DNA of 64,000 nucleotides from Salinispira sp. (GCA_965602015.1 OZ271918.1:1184001-1248000); one strand, 5' to 3'. Positions 51,525-62,706 are shown, numbered from the stretch's first letter. The notes: a model not told the origin generated them from the sequence alone. Made by a program: numbers and translations.

Positions 51525-51902
51525 ATGTCTACTAAATCCGAAAGCGGCGCCGAGGCCCCGCAGATCGAAGAATTCATTCAAAAGCGCGAGCGGCTCAATG
51601 ATATTGTGTTGGAGCAGGGGACTCTGGTCACCAAACGCTTTATCAATCTGGACGGTCAGGGATACAAGGCCGGTGCGCTTGATGAGAAAACAAAGGAACT
51701 CATGGGCCTGGTTGCCTCATTGGTTTTGCGATGCAACGATTGCATCTTGTATCACATTCTGCAGGCTAAAAAATGCGGAGTGACCCGGGAAGAGTTTACC
51801 GAGGCTTGTGATATCGCCCTCATCGTCGGGGGTTCCATCGTGATTCCTCATCTGAGGGAGGCCTATGGTCATTGGGAGTCGCTGGAGAGCGATGACGCAT
51901 AG
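51525..51902 (+). CDS. Carboxymuconolactone decarboxylase/AhpD-like protein
   Basis: GALDEKTKELMGLVASLVLRCNDCILYH. Confidence 0.88.
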   Translation: MSTKSESGAEAPQIEEFIQKRERLNDIVLEQGTLVTKRFINLDGQGYKAGALDEKTKELMGLVASLVLRCNDCILYHILQAKKCGVTREEFTEACDIALIVGGSIVIPHLREAYGHWESLESDDA

Positions 51903-52126
51903 GGTTCCAGGCGGATCTTTCTTACCAAGGGCTCGAGGCCGTTAGCTTTTATCTCCAAGAGGTTTTCCAGGAGAAAGCCAATGCGCCCGGCGGGAAAGCC
52001 CTTCTGCTTAAACCAAAGTATATAGGCTTCGGGCAGGTCGACAAGGTATCTGCCGGCGTACTTTCCAAAGGGCATTTTCATCGTGGCCAGATCTATGAGG
52101 ATTTTTCTCTCATCCGTATCATTCAT
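51869..52126 (-). CDS. DUF3820 family protein
   Basis: MPFGKYAGRYLVDLPEAYILWF..GFP..EIKANGLE. Confidence 0.85.
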   Translation of the reverse strand: MNDTDERKILIDLATMKMPFGKYAGRYLVDLPEAYILWFKQKGFPAGRIGFLLENLLEIKANGLEPLVRKIRLEPYASSLSSDSQ

Positions 52127-52155
52127 GAGGTACAATAGTAGCACAGGAGCGCAAC

Positions 52156-53418
52156 TTGGCAATAACTCGCGATCTTCAGTTCTATAAGTTCAGCATGTAC
52201 GGCTTTCTGAAGAATCTTCGTTTCTTCGATCCCTTTCTCCTATTATTTTTTCTCGAGAAAGGGATGAGCTATAGCCAGATCGGTATGCTCTACGCTATCC
52301 GACACGCTGGCATTCAGGTCCTGGAAATTCCCAGCGGGGTCGTAGCGGATTTGCTGGGACGCCGTAGGGCCATGGTTGGAAGTTTTCTGTCCTATATCAT
52401 CAGCTTTGTGCTCTACTTTTTTGGAGACGGGTTTTGGTTTTTGGCATTGGCGACGGTTTTGTTCGCGGCCGGTGAAGCCTTTCGCTCGGGAACACACAAG
52501 GCCATGATACTCGAGTACCTGCAAATCAACGGCTGGGAAGATCAGAAAAGCGAGTATTACGGACATACCCGAAGCTGGTCCCAAATGGGAAGCGCTTTGT
52601 CTTCGCTGATTGCCGGAGCTCTGGTGTTTTGGAGGGGAAGCTATGCTCCGGTTTTTCTGTTCACCCTCATACCCTATGTGCTGGAATTAGGCCTGATGAT
52701 GTCTTACCCCCGCGCCTTGGACGGAGCTCGGACTAACGAGAGGCAAAAACACGGTGTCGGTCTCAGGTCCCTTTTCGACGGCATGAAGGCAATTGCCGCC
52801 GATATTCGAACGGTGGTCCTTCAGCCCGGTGGAGCGAGGATTATGGGAAATCTTGCCCTGCACAGCGCTGTATATAAATCTTTTAAGGACTACCTACAGC
52901 CCGTCCTCCAGAATTTAGCCCTGGTACTGCCGGTGTTTTTGAGCCTCAATGAAACGAGGAGAATTTCCCTACTCAGCGCTGGAATTTATTTTGTTTTGTA
53001 CATTTTTACATCTATCTCATCCCGTCACGCAGGTGCTTTCATCGAGCGTCTCGGCGGGGAAAAGAAAAGCCTCAACATTATTATGCTGGCCGGTTGCCTG
53101 CTGGCCCTGCTCTCCGGAGGGTTTTTGGGCTTATCCTTGGCCCCGGCAGCGGTGACAGTGTTGATTCTCATTATGATTCTCGAGAATATCCGCAAACCCG
53201 CAGTTGTTGGCTTTACATCCTCCCTTGGAGCCGATGAAGGCATGGCCACACTGTTGTCAGGGGTAGGGCAGCTCGAATCGCTGTTCGCCGCGCTTTTGGG
53301 CCTTATCCTCGGTTTTGCTGCTGATCTCCTGGGACTTGGGGGAGGTCTCATGCTCACCGGCGGACTCGTGCTACTTGCGGCAGGTTTCCTGATAATCCCC
53401 TGGAACTTCGGGGATTAA
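52156..53418 (+). CDS. MFS transporter
   Basis: EIPSGVVADLLGRR motif A, many TM helices; TTG start after SD AGGAG. Confidence 0.9.
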   Translation: MAITRDLQFYKFSMYGFLKNLRFFDPFLLLFFLEKGMSYSQIGMLYAIRHAGIQVLEIPSGVVADLLGRRRAMVGSFLSYIISFVLYFFGDGFWFLALATVLFAAGEAFRSGTHKAMILEYLQINGWEDQKSEYYGHTRSWSQMGSALSSLIAGALVFWRGSYAPVFLFTLIPYVLELGLMMSYPRALDGARTNERQKHGVGLRSLFDGMKAIAADIRTVVLQPGGARIMGNLALHSAVYKSFKDYLQPVLQNLALVLPVFLSLNETRRISLLSAGIYFVLYIFTSISSRHAGAFIERLGGEKKSLNIIMLAGCLLALLSGGFLGLSLAPAAVTVLILIMILENIRKPAVVGFTSSLGADEGMATLLSGVGQLESLFAALLGLILGFAADLLGLGGGLMLTGGLVLLAAGFLIIPWNFGD

Positions 53419-53531
53419 CTCGGGTATCCGCAAAAAAGTTCAAAAAATTTGTGCAAAGACCGCCGCACCAATTAGAATTGAATACATAGTACATACCAAA
53501 ACCTCGAAAAACCGTACCACAGGGGGGATTT

Positions 53532-55796
53532 ATGAAACTTCGCTCAAAATTAATGCTGGGGTTCGGTGCTCTGCTCGCATTATTTGCCGCTGCCGTCGCC
53601 ATCTCTCTATTTGCCCTTGCCAACGCCGCCCAGGGGTTTACCCAGTACCGCGGGCTTGCCCGGGACACTAACCTGGCCGGCAGAGTGCAGGCGAACATCC
53701 TGCTCTCCCGGATGCATGTGAAAAACTTTATTATCAGTCATGATCCGGATGAAGAAGATCTCTATGCAGATTATTACCAGAGAATGCTGGGCTATCTCCA
53801 AACAGCTCAACAAGAGATCATTGATCCTGAACGGGCTGCCCTGGTCGATGACATATCAGCAAATGTGGAGCGATACAACACCAATTTCGGCGAGGCGGTG
53901 GTTCACACCCAGAACATAGACAATGCTGTTATCACCATCCTCGATGTGGTCGGTCCGCAAATTGAGAGGAATCTCACGGCGATACTCAACTCTGCCCGGG
54001 CTGACGGGGACACTGAAGCAGTGTATCACGCAGCACAGGCCACCCGCTCACTCTTGTTGGCCCGTCTGTATGTGTTCAAGTACTTAAAAGAAAATCTTGC
54101 CAGCCATGTAGACCGGGTGCGCCGGGAATTCAGTGATATGGACGGTCATTTGGAAAACCTCGACGGGGAGTTGGAGAATGCCCAGCGTCGGGAGCTGTTC
54201 TCCCGGGTGGTTGGGGAGGAACAGCGCTACCTCTCAACCTTCCTTTATGTGGTTAGTGAAACTGAAGAGCTCAACGATCTAATTGACAATCAGCTCGATG
54301 TAATCGGTCCTCGAATCGCAGATGAGGCGGAGAGTGTTAAGTTATCAGTGATGGCGGACCAGAATGAGCTTGGACCCATCCTTCAGCGAAATAATCAGCA
54401 GTCCGTCATTCTCATTCTCATCGTGTCCGGCGTTTCCTTGATCATGGTAGTCATTATCACCTTCTGGACCACCAACTCGGTTCTTCGTCAGCTCGGAGCC
54501 GATCCGGGGATTATCGAGACGGTTATGAAAAAAGTCGCTGTGGGAGACCTAAGAATTATCGCCGAAGATTTTGAGTTGCGCAGAATTGAGGGGGTGTTTG
54601 AATCGGTGATGGATATGGTCGCCTCTCTTGTAGAGAAGGCTGATAACCTTCAGACCGTGGCAGACGGGGACTTATCCGTCCGCGTGCAAGTCCTTGGGGA
54701 ACAGGATATGTTGGGAAACAGCCTGCAGAAAATGAAGGTCTCGTTAAACGAGCTTTTGAGTCAGGTCGCCGGGGCTGTTACCCAGGTCAATGCGGGAGCC
54801 GAGCAGATCAGTCTCTCCAGCCAGGACTTGAGCCAGGGAGCCACCGAGCAGGCTGCGAGCATCGAAGAAATAACCAGCGCTATTACGGAAATAAACAGTA
54901 TGTCCCGGCAAAATGCCGAGGGTTCAAAAACTGCCCATGGCTTGGCCAGGACAGCAATGGACAACGCCAATGAGGGCCGGGTGCGTATGGACGAACTTAC
55001 CGGCATCATGACCAAAATCAACGCATCGGCGGATGAAATCAACAAGGTCGTTAAGATTATCGATGACATCGCCTTCCAGATCAATCTGCTAGCCCTAAAC
55101 GCGAACGTCGAAGCTGCCCGGGCGGGTAAGTACGGCAAGGGTTTTGCGGTGGTTGCCGAAGAGGTACGCAACCTCGCCGTGCGCAGCGCCCAGGCCGTCA
55201 AGGAAACTACAAAGATGGTGGAAGAGACGGTGAGCAATATTGCCATGGGGGACCGGGCTTCAAAGGATACCAACGAGCAGCTCAATGCCATAGTCGAGGG
55301 AACCGGTAAGGTCGCCGACTTGCTGAGCGAGATTTCCTCCTCCAGTGCAGAACAGGCTCAAGGAATTGATCAGGTAAATACCGGCCTCGATCAGATTGAC
55401 CAGACAACCCAGGCAAACACCGCCAGCGCCGAACAAAGCGCTGCAGCCAGCGAAGAATTGGCGGGTCAGGCTCAACAGCTCACCGCTCTTATCGCCCAGT
55501 TCACCCTTGATGAAAGCCTCATTGCCGAACAACGCCTGCTCCCGGGTCCCCGGGGATCAGGCGCAGTAAAGACGTCTACTGCCGGTCAATTCCGGGCTGG
55601 GGACCCAAAGGCGGCAAGTACCGTAAAAACCGCCAACCCTGTCCCGACTGAAAGCCGGAAGGGTCCCGCAGCGGGTACACACAAAAAGACCGGCCAGGCA
55701 TGGGATAACGATAAATCATTCACCCAGGGGCGTCCCTCGGAAACCCTCAACCCCGCAGAAACCATTGTGCTCGACGAGGATTTCGAGGATTTCTAA
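53532..55796 (+). CDS. Methyl-accepting chemotaxis protein with large helical sensor domain
   Basis: Two TM helices, [37 protein letters not shown]; ends in EDFEDF. Confidence 0.96.
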   Translation: MKLRSKLMLGFGALLALFAAAVAISLFALANAAQGFTQYRGLARDTNLAGRVQANILLSRMHVKNFIISHDPDEEDLYADYYQRMLGYLQTAQQEIIDPERAALVDDISANVERYNTNFGEAVVHTQNIDNAVITILDVVGPQIERNLTAILNSARADGDTEAVYHAAQATRSLLLARLYVFKYLKENLASHVDRVRREFSDMDGHLENLDGELENAQRRELFSRVVGEEQRYLSTFLYVVSETEELNDLIDNQLDVIGPRIADEAESVKLSVMADQNELGPILQRNNQQSVILILIVSGVSLIMVVIITFWTTNSVLRQLGADPGIIETVMKKVAVGDLRIIAEDFELRRIEGVFESVMDMVASLVEKADNLQTVADGDLSVRVQVLGEQDMLGNSLQKMKVSLNELLSQVAGAVTQVNAGAEQISLSSQDLSQGATEQAASIEEITSAITEINSMSRQNAEGSKTAHGLARTAMDNANEGRVRMDELTGIMTKINASADEINKVVKIIDDIAFQINLLALNANVEAARAGKYGKGFAVVAEEVRNLAVRSAQAVKETTKMVEETVSNIAMGDRASKDTNEQLNAIVEGTGKVADLLSEISSSSAEQAQGIDQVNTGLDQIDQTTQANTASAEQSAAASEELAGQAQQLTALIAQFTLDESLIAEQRLLPGPRGSGAVKTSTAGQFRAGDPKAASTVKTANPVPTESRKGPAAGTHKKTGQAWDNDKSFTQGRPSETLNPAETIVLDEDFEDF

Positions 55797-55836
55797 GGAC
55801 TCAGGCTGTGCAATACCGTCCGGTGTGCCGGGCGTC

Positions 55837-55910
55837 AGTCTTAGAAGGGCGGTAGTCTTAGAAGGGCGGTAGTCTTAGAGAGGTGGTAGTCTTAGAGAGG
55901 TGGTAGTCTT
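55837..55910. repeat. 17-bp tandem repeat, about 4.3 units
   Basis: AGTCTTAGAAGGGCGGT x2, AGTCTTAGAGAGGTGGT x2, then AGTCTT. Confidence 0.95.
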
Positions 55911-55966
55911 GGAGGCGAAATAAGAAGCTGCCAGGCATAGTAAGCGAAATGTAAAGCTCAGAAATA

Positions 55967-56317
55967 TCAGCCTATTTTGAAATGGAATTCCGTTCTGCCT
56001 ATGGTAATAAGATCGGTGCTGTAAAGCCTTACGTAACTGCCGGGCTCGATTGCCTCGCCGTTAACCCTGACGCCGTTGGTGCTGTCCTGATCGCAGATGA
56101 AGTAGGCTTCCTTGATTTTTTGCACTACGGCATGCTGGCGGGAGGCCAGGGTGTCCTCCAGGACGATGTCGCAGTCCTTTGACCGGCCGATGGTGATGCT
56201 GTCGGTTATCTGGGTCTTTCGCCGTCCGTGGTGCAGGTACACCGTTTCGCTGTGCCGAATCTTGCCCAGACGCTCGCCCAGATTACTGTTTCCCGCAATG
56301 GTGTCGTGTTTTGCCAT
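55967..56317 (-). CDS. FHA-domain protein
   Basis: IGRSKDCDI, ASRQHA and DSTNG. Confidence 0.92.
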   Translation of the reverse strand: MAKHDTIAGNSNLGERLGKIRHSETVYLHHGRRKTQITDSITIGRSKDCDIVLEDTLASRQHAVVQKIKEAYFICDQDSTNGVRVNGEAIEPGSYVRLYSTDLITIGRTEFHFKIG

Positions 56318-56449
56318 GGCGTCCCCTCCCAATGACCTCCAGTATACCAGCAGGCTAATGTGGGGCCAACAAGGAAATACCAGAAGTTTTTCTTTTGCTG
56401 CTTATGCCAATGGGCCGGACAGGGTAGAATGGTCCCCGGAGGGAGACCC

Positions 56450-57706
56450 ATGGAAGCCGCCAAGGAATATATCAGCTGCCCCAATTGCGGGACAACAATA
56501 GACGTCAATGATCTGTTATATCACCAACTCGAGGAGCAAATCGAAGCTAAGCACGCGCAACAGCTTCGCCAACAGCGATCAGCCCTGTCAGAGCTCGAAC
56601 AGACCGTCAAGCGCCGGGAGCAGGAGCTGATTGCCCAGCAGAAAGAAAGCAGTCAGGCAATCGAGATGGCCGTTCAGGAGCAGGTTGCAAAAATCCGGGA
56701 GCAAACCCGGAGTGAGGCCAAACGAGCTGCCGCCGATGAGCAGGCCCAGGTTGTCCAGGAACTGCAAAAGGAACTGCAGGAAAAGATGGAGCGCCTCAAG
56801 GTTCTCAATAAAACCCGGGCCGAACTTGAGCGGGTGAAAAGGGAAAAAGACGGGCTCCGGGAAGAACTGGAACTTGAAAGTCAGCAAAAGTTCAGCGAGG
56901 CCATGAAGCTCGAACGGGAAAAAATCCAGCGCAGCGAGGCGGAAAAAAACGAGTTAAAAATCAAAGAAAAGCAGCAACTGGTTGATGACCTGAGCAAAAA
57001 ACTTCAGGAAGCCCAGAGGAAGGCCGAGCAGGGTTCGATGCAAAGTCAGGGCGAGGTGCAGGAGCTGGCCATCGAAGAGTGGCTCGTTGAACAGTTTCCC
57101 ATGGACCGCATAGAGGAAATTAAGAAAGGAGCCCAGGGTGCTGACTGTCTGCAAATCGTGAATACCCGGGCCCATGAGAACTGCGGGAGCATTTACTACG
57201 AGAGCAAAAGAACAAAGGCCTTTCAGCCTTCCTGGGTAGAGAAATTCAAGGCAGATATTCGGGAGAAATCAGCAGGCATCGGCGTATTGGTCACCAGCGC
57301 CATGCCGGCGGACTTGGACCGCATGGGCTTGTACCAGGGAATTTGGGTCTGCAGCTATGAGGAGTTCAAGGGACTTGCCGCGGTCCTCAGGCAGAGCATT
57401 ATCGCGATTTACGAGGCCGGACAGACCCAGGTCAACAAGGGCGGGAAGATGGAGATGCTTTACGACTTTCTCACGGGCAATGAGTTCCGGCAGCAGGTTG
57501 AGGCCATAGTCGAGGGCTTCACTCAGATGAAAAGCGATCTCGAATCGGAAAAACGGGCGATGAATGCCCAATGGAAAAAACGGGAAAAGCAGTTGGAAAA
57601 GGTTATTCTCAACACGACGTACATGTACTCATCAGTAAAGGGAATTGCCGGATCGGCCATCGGCGACATGCCCCTGCTCGAACTTCCCGGTGGAGAAGAT
57701 GAGTAG
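56450..57706 (+). CDS. DUF2130 family coiled-coil protein with C-terminal nuclease-like fold
   Basis: CPNCG, long coil, QSQGEVQE, GADCLQ and IYYESKRTK. Confidence 0.85.
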   Translation: MEAAKEYISCPNCGTTIDVNDLLYHQLEEQIEAKHAQQLRQQRSALSELEQTVKRREQELIAQQKESSQAIEMAVQEQVAKIREQTRSEAKRAAADEQAQVVQELQKELQEKMERLKVLNKTRAELERVKREKDGLREELELESQQKFSEAMKLEREKIQRSEAEKNELKIKEKQQLVDDLSKKLQEAQRKAEQGSMQSQGEVQELAIEEWLVEQFPMDRIEEIKKGAQGADCLQIVNTRAHENCGSIYYESKRTKAFQPSWVEKFKADIREKSAGIGVLVTSAMPADLDRMGLYQGIWVCSYEEFKGLAAVLRQSIIAIYEAGQTQVNKGGKMEMLYDFLTGNEFRQQVEAIVEGFTQMKSDLESEKRAMNAQWKKREKQLEKVILNTTYMYSSVKGIAGSAIGDMPLLELPGGEDE

Positions 57707-57716
57707 GACGTCGGCA

Positions 57717-57749
57717 TAAAAAACCGGGAGACCCTTGCGGATCTCCCGG
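57717..57749 (-). terminator. Terminator between convergent genes
   Basis: CCGGGAGA/TCTCCCGG stem with an A tract on the left (T tract for the amylase strand). Confidence 0.75.
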
Positions 57750-57777
57750 CCGATGATTGTATGTGGGTCAGTTATTG

Positions 57778-59868
57778 TTACGGTCTAAAGCCGTAAACCG
57801 TCGCATCCCAGGGGAGAACATAGATTTCTCCGCCTTGAGCGCTAAAGCTGCGGTTGACCCCATCCCATGTTCCGTTCGAATTGGTGAAACAAAACATAAA
57901 TGACTGGGGAGCGTCGGGAATGCTGATCTGCCACCAGTGAGCGCCGTTGATAAATCCTTCGTAGCTCATGGGCAGTGTGCCGCTTAATCCGTCCCAGGCA
58001 TGCAAGCTATAGCTGGTTGCCGACTCGAATTCCGCATATCGGATAATCAGATCGGCGGTGCCGCCTCCGGAAACTTTTACCGCTTCAATGGCCTTGCTTT
58101 GATCGTCGAAGCTGATGCGATACTCTCCCGCTCCTTCGGTAATCAGATAGTCCTGTGCCGGATATGCCTCTGTCCAGTTATTATACCGGGTAATTTTAAA
58201 ACGCGGATTGCTGCCTGAAAAGGTTTGCGTGGTTTCCCAAAGGCCCGTATCGGCATTTCTGATCATAGCTGTGGTGCCCCATCCGTTGGGAGTTCCCCGG
58301 AAAAAGGCCTGGTCCCAGCCGCTTGGACCGCCGGATTGCCCGCTGGGAACCCAAATGGACCATCCGGTGGATTCGCTGATATTTACCGGAAAGTCCGCGT
58401 ATCCGTTTGCATCGGTGGTGACCGTGCCGTCTACATTGCCGGTGTAATCGTAGAAAACCGTATTGGGCTGATGGGAGTTGATTCTGAAACTGTCCTGGTA
58501 TCCCCAGTCCCGGCCGGAGATCAGCATGACCATCCCGCTGCCGGGAACCGAATCCAGGCCTTCTCTCACATAGGTGTATACCGCTTCGGTATTCGCCGCC
58601 TGCTCATGACCCGCTCCGTATGCGAAATAACGGCGCGCGCTGATGAGCGTGTCCAGGGTAGGCGCCATGCCGAACTCTTCATAGTCCCGGGCGAAAACCA
58701 CCGGAGTGCCCTGTTCCCGCATCAGGATGTATGCGTACGCCTGATTTTTGTAGTTGATTACCTGGGGCGTGCCGTATGGATTTCCCGCCCGGCTGGTATC
58801 GTGATTATCGACGAAGGTTACAGCCTGGGATGCCTTGGCGCTGTTTACCAGGCCTCCCCACCAGCGCATATCCTTCGAGCCGCTTGAAAGATTGACAAAA
58901 TCATCCCGCAGGCTGAAATCGAAGACCGTCATATGTCCGGTACCTACGTGATCCAGGTATCCGCCGAGGTCGCCAACCCAGGCCTCGCCGACAAAGAATA
59001 CATCCTGGGCTGTGGCCGCTTGAACGTGATTTACCCAGTCCCTGGTAAAATCCGAATCAACATGAGCGATGGCGTCCATCCGAAAGCCGTCAAATCCCAC
59101 ATCATTGATAATCCATTCGCCCCAGGCCTTCATTTCATCGACCACTTCCGGCCGATTGTGATCCACGTCGTTGCCCATAAGATAGGGCCAGTGGAAGTTG
59201 TTGCCCCAGTACTTCCCGGGGAAGAGCCGTCCGTCGATACCGTTAAACGCTGTCCAGTCCCATTCGAAGTCATGATACAGGCCGCCCCAGGCTTCGGGGG
59301 TGTAGTACACGTCCCGGCCGTGTAAGTCGAAGTTGGTCCATACATCTCCGAAACCCTGGATGAACTGGCGTGAGTCGGCGCCCATCCGGTGATTGAATAC
59401 TACGTCGTAATAGGCATCAATGCCCATGCCGTCCAGGGCTGCCAGCGCGGACTGAAGCTCGCTTCGGGTTCCATACCTGGTGGCGATGGTTCCCTTCTGG
59501 TTGAATTCACCCAGGTCCCAAAAATCGTACACGTCGTAGCCGACGCTGAATGTGCCGGAAAAACCCTTTGCCGCCGGCGGCAGCCACATGGCGTTGATGC
59601 CGGCCTCGGCCAGAGGCGCCGCCATGGCGGCAAGCTCAGTCCACAGCCCCGGGTAGGCGTCCCAATAGAATGCCTGATAAACCGTTCGGTTCACCAGTGC
59701 ATCGGGAACCGCCGGAAGGTTGGAACTGATAGCCCTGGAAGCCGGCTCTAGTTCCGGCTGGTAAAGCGGAAGCGCGCTGTTGCTGCAGGACATTGCAAAC
59801 GACAGCAGTAAAAGGCTTGCCGTGAAGACAATCGCGAATCTGAAAATTCTACGATATCTGGTATTCAT
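57778..59868 (-). CDS. GH13 alpha-amylase, probable lipoprotein with C-terminal starch-binding modules
   Basis: FAMSC lipobox; GYDVYD, DVVFNH, GFRMDAIAH, VGEAW and FVDNHD; FFRGTPNGWG accessory domain. Confidence 0.92.
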   Translation of the reverse strand: MNTRYRRIFRFAIVFTASLLLLSFAMSCSNSALPLYQPELEPASRAISSNLPAVPDALVNRTVYQAFYWDAYPGLWTELAAMAAPLAEAGINAMWLPPAAKGFSGTFSVGYDVYDFWDLGEFNQKGTIATRYGTRSELQSALAALDGMGIDAYYDVVFNHRMGADSRQFIQGFGDVWTNFDLHGRDVYYTPEAWGGLYHDFEWDWTAFNGIDGRLFPGKYWGNNFHWPYLMGNDVDHNRPEVVDEMKAWGEWIINDVGFDGFRMDAIAHVDSDFTRDWVNHVQAATAQDVFFVGEAWVGDLGGYLDHVGTGHMTVFDFSLRDDFVNLSSGSKDMRWWGGLVNSAKASQAVTFVDNHDTSRAGNPYGTPQVINYKNQAYAYILMREQGTPVVFARDYEEFGMAPTLDTLISARRYFAYGAGHEQAANTEAVYTYVREGLDSVPGSGMVMLISGRDWGYQDSFRINSHQPNTVFYDYTGNVDGTVTTDANGYADFPVNISESTGWSIWVPSGQSGGPSGWDQAFFRGTPNGWGTTAMIRNADTGLWETTQTFSGSNPRFKITRYNNWTEAYPAQDYLITEGAGEYRISFDDQSKAIEAVKVSGGGTADLIIRYAEFESATSYSLHAWDGLSGTLPMSYEGFINGAHWWQISIPDAPQSFMFCFTNSNGTWDGVNRSFSAQGGEIYVLPWDATVYGFRP

Positions 59869-59903
59869 TTCTGTACCCCCTTGAAGATTCCCGGAAAACC
59901 GGG

Positions 59904-59917
59904 TGGAAAGGTTTCCA
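59904..59917. promoter_or_regulatory. LacI-family operator-like palindrome upstream of amylase
   Basis: TGGAAAGGTTTCCA lies downstream of a candidate minus-strand promoter TTGCGA-16-TACAAT (59985-59958). Confidence 0.55.
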
Positions 59918-60063
59918 GTTTAAAAATCGGTCCCCAAAACCGAACTGGATTCAGGTTATTGTACTATGGAACTGGATATTCGCAAGGAAAATGAAAAAAA
60001 ATACCAGATGGGCGAATATAAATACAGAATAACAAAAATCTATATTTACACCATCAAATGCTG

Positions 60064-62706
60064 CTATCGGGGGCGGGTACCGTCAGTTGCCTCTGCAGTG
60101 CGGGGATCTTCGGGCCAATAATGCTTGGGATACCGGCCGCGCAGCTCTTTCCGCACCTCCGCATAGGTAGTGGACCAAAAACTCTCAAGATCGCCGGTTA
60201 TTTGAACCGGACGTCGGGCAGGGGAGAGCAATTCAATTTCAAGCGGCTGCCCGGCTACCATCGGGCTATTTTCCATACCGAACAGTTGCTGAATTCTCGC
60301 CGATAACACCACCTTGCCGTCCCGGTATTCCAGCTGCCGCCGGCTACCAGAGGGCAGAGTAAAATACTTCGGCGCCAGACGGTCGACGGATGCCGCCAGA
60401 TTCCAGGGCAGAAGTGAGCGAAGCACCTCACTTACCGGTATCCGCTGTAAGCAATCTGCAGAGGGCCTGGGGGAGATAAATGCCGGCAGCCAGCGCTTGG
60501 CCGAGGCTGTGAGTGATTCATCGCTAAGTTCAGGCCAGTCTGCACCAAGGCGCAGGTGAAGAACAGCAAGGCGGCTTTGCAAATTTCGGTCTTCATTTGT
60601 CCAAGGCAGTATTCCGACTCCGCGGGCCTTTACCAAGGCGATTATCGCCGCCTGGGGATCGCGTAATTCGCCGAACTTCACTGGCCGTGAACCGATTTCG
60701 ATTGAGCGGTAGGTCCTGACTTCCCGTGCCAACAGCTTCCCGGAGTCATCGGCGCTGAGCTCGATTCTCGTCATGGCTCCGTCGCGTATTTCGCGCGCTA
60801 TTTCGTCGTCGGGGAAGGCTGCGGCCAGGAATATCCGTCCTCCCCGTAAGCTGCGCTTAATTTCCGCAGCCAAAATCCATTGGGGCTGGAAGCGCCGCTC
60901 GCCTTCATGAATGGCATACGTGCTGCCCCCGGCCAGCTGATACTGGCCCTCGCCCAGGTGTCGGGCAATTCTGTCGGGAAAGGCCCATGAGAGGATAGCC
61001 GCCGGAGAAGGTGAACCGTTATTCACCGGCCTGGAGTCAGGGCCTGAAGCATGGTTGAAGTTGTTTTTCCCGGCAGCCTGGCGGAACATGGCCTGTATTC
61101 CCCGGACGTCATGGTCAATGCGGTGAAGGATACTTCGGCGTACCATGCCGCTGGAAAGGCTTTGAGCCTGAAGCCTGACCTCAATATCCGCACCGAACTG
61201 GCCGGCCGCCTCCCGGGTAAGAGGGTCGCCGTTTTCCAATAGCGCCGCAAGACGAGCGGCGGTATCACGGGCTGCCGGAATATCAGAGGCCTGAATAACC
61301 ATGGCCGAGAGCCGTGGATGCAGGGGGAGCCCGGCCATTAACCGTCCCCTCCCGGTAATCCGGTCCCGGTCATCCAGCGCTCCCAGGGAAATCAACAGCT
61401 GCCGGGCATCTTCCCAGTTCCGCGGATCCGGCGTATCGGGCCACAGGTATTGGCCTGCTTCAATGCTGCCCCAGAATGCCAGCGCCAAAAGCAGGGAGCC
61501 GAGGTCTTCGCTGAGGATTTCCGGAGTCCGTCGGCTGTCCAGCACCTCCTGTTCATCCCAGAGGCGGATAACGGTCCCCGGCCCGAGACGGCCAGCCCGG
61601 CCGGCCCGCTGCTGTGCCGATGCGCGGCTAATCCTTTCGGTATTCATTCTGGTGAGTCCGATGGCCGGATCATAGCGGGGGCTGCGCTGGAGCCCTGAAT
61701 CGACCACAACCGTTACGCCTTCGATGGTCAGGCTGGTTTCGGCGACATTTGTCGCCAGTACGATTTTGCGCATACCCGTTTCCGGCGGATGTATTGCCCT
61801 GTTTTGCTCCCTTGTGCTCAAGCGGCCGTAAAGGGGCAGGATAAGCAGTCGGGAGTCATCGTTCACCGTTCGCAAATATTCTGCCGCCCGTTCTATTTCA
61901 CCCTCGCCGGGGAGAAAGACCAGGCAGCTGTCAGAGCAATCCGGCGAGCCGACCGCATGTATTGCCTGCATGGCTGCGTGTTTCCACAGCTGACGGTCTT
62001 TTGGACATGGCGCATAGGCGGTGGACACGGGAAACATCCGTCCTTCGGCAGTAATCAGCGGCAGATCCAGTTTGCCGACCAGGTCGTCATCGATGGTGGC
62101 GGACATTATGATAAGACGCAGGTCGGCACGGAGGGCCTCGACGCTCTGACGGATCATTGCGTGGTTGGCGTCGCTTAAAAGGCTTCTCTCGTGAAACTCA
62201 TCGAGGATGACCGCAGCGCAGTCCACAAGCTCGGGATCCTCCAGCAGTTTGCGCTGGAGCACCCCCTCGGTGACAATGAGAATGTCGGGCGAGCCGGGAA
62301 CACGGGAATCACCCCGGGTAATATATCCGATGCGGCAGGTCCCCCGGCTTAATTCGACGATGCGGTCATACAAGGCGCGGACGGCGGCCCGTCGGGGCTG
62401 GGTGAGAATTATGGTTTTCCCTCTACGCCAGTCAGCGTCGTGAAGCATAAAAGGGACCAGTGTCGATTTACCCGAACCGGCGGGAGCCCGGATGATGGCT
62501 CCAGCTATGGATGACCGGGTATCTTCCAGGGTCTCCCGCAGCCGCGTTCCGATACTCCGAACGGGATAGTCCGGGAGGTCGATCACAGCCGAAATCCCCG
62601 TACCCGGTTGTGTGAAAACAGAATACGCATATTCTTTACCGCCCTGCGGATTCCGGTTTCCAAGTTTATCGGCAGCTTGTGCGCGGGAACCCAGAGAGTC
62701 TGGCAT
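60064..62706 (-). CDS. hrpB: ATP-dependent helicase HrpB (start uncertain)
   Basis: GSGKST, DEFHERS, SAT, NVAETSLTI, QRAGRAGR and C-terminal RGRYPKHYWPEDP. Confidence 0.95.
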   Translation of the reverse strand: MPDSLGSRAQAADKLGNRNPQGGKEYAYSVFTQPGTGISAVIDLPDYPVRSIGTRLRETLEDTRSSIAGAIIRAPAGSGKSTLVPFMLHDADWRRGKTIILTQPRRAAVRALYDRIVELSRGTCRIGYITRGDSRVPGSPDILIVTEGVLQRKLLEDPELVDCAAVILDEFHERSLLSDANHAMIRQSVEALRADLRLIIMSATIDDDLVGKLDLPLITAEGRMFPVSTAYAPCPKDRQLWKHAAMQAIHAVGSPDCSDSCLVFLPGEGEIERAAEYLRTVNDDSRLLILPLYGRLSTREQNRAIHPPETGMRKIVLATNVAETSLTIEGVTVVVDSGLQRSPRYDPAIGLTRMNTERISRASAQQRAGRAGRLGPGTVIRLWDEQEVLDSRRTPEILSEDLGSLLLALAFWGSIEAGQYLWPDTPDPRNWEDARQLLISLGALDDRDRITGRGRLMAGLPLHPRLSAMVIQASDIPAARDTAARLAALLENGDPLTREAAGQFGADIEVRLQAQSLSSGMVRRSILHRIDHDVRGIQAMFRQAAGKNNFNHASGPDSRPVNNGSPSPAAILSWAFPDRIARHLGEGQYQLAGGSTYAIHEGERRFQPQWILAAEIKRSLRGGRIFLAAAFPDDEIAREIRDGAMTRIELSADDSGKLLAREVRTYRSIEIGSRPVKFGELRDPQAAIIALVKARGVGILPWTNEDRNLQSRLAVLHLRLGADWPELSDESLTASAKRWLPAFISPRPSADCLQRIPVSEVLRSLLPWNLAASVDRLAPKYFTLPSGSRRQLEYRDGKVVLSARIQQLFGMENSPMVAGQPLEIELLSPARRPVQITGDLESFWSTTYAEVRKELRGRYPKHYWPEDPRTAEATDGTRPR

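Noticed and set aside
55837..55910. Possible mini-CRISPR
   Set aside because: Units are 17 bp and contiguous, with no unique spacers and no cas genes.
59928..59940. GGTCCCCAAAAC, resembling the IS1111 target
   Set aside because: Lacks the AAG-TG left arm and core and the rest of the repeat; chance match.
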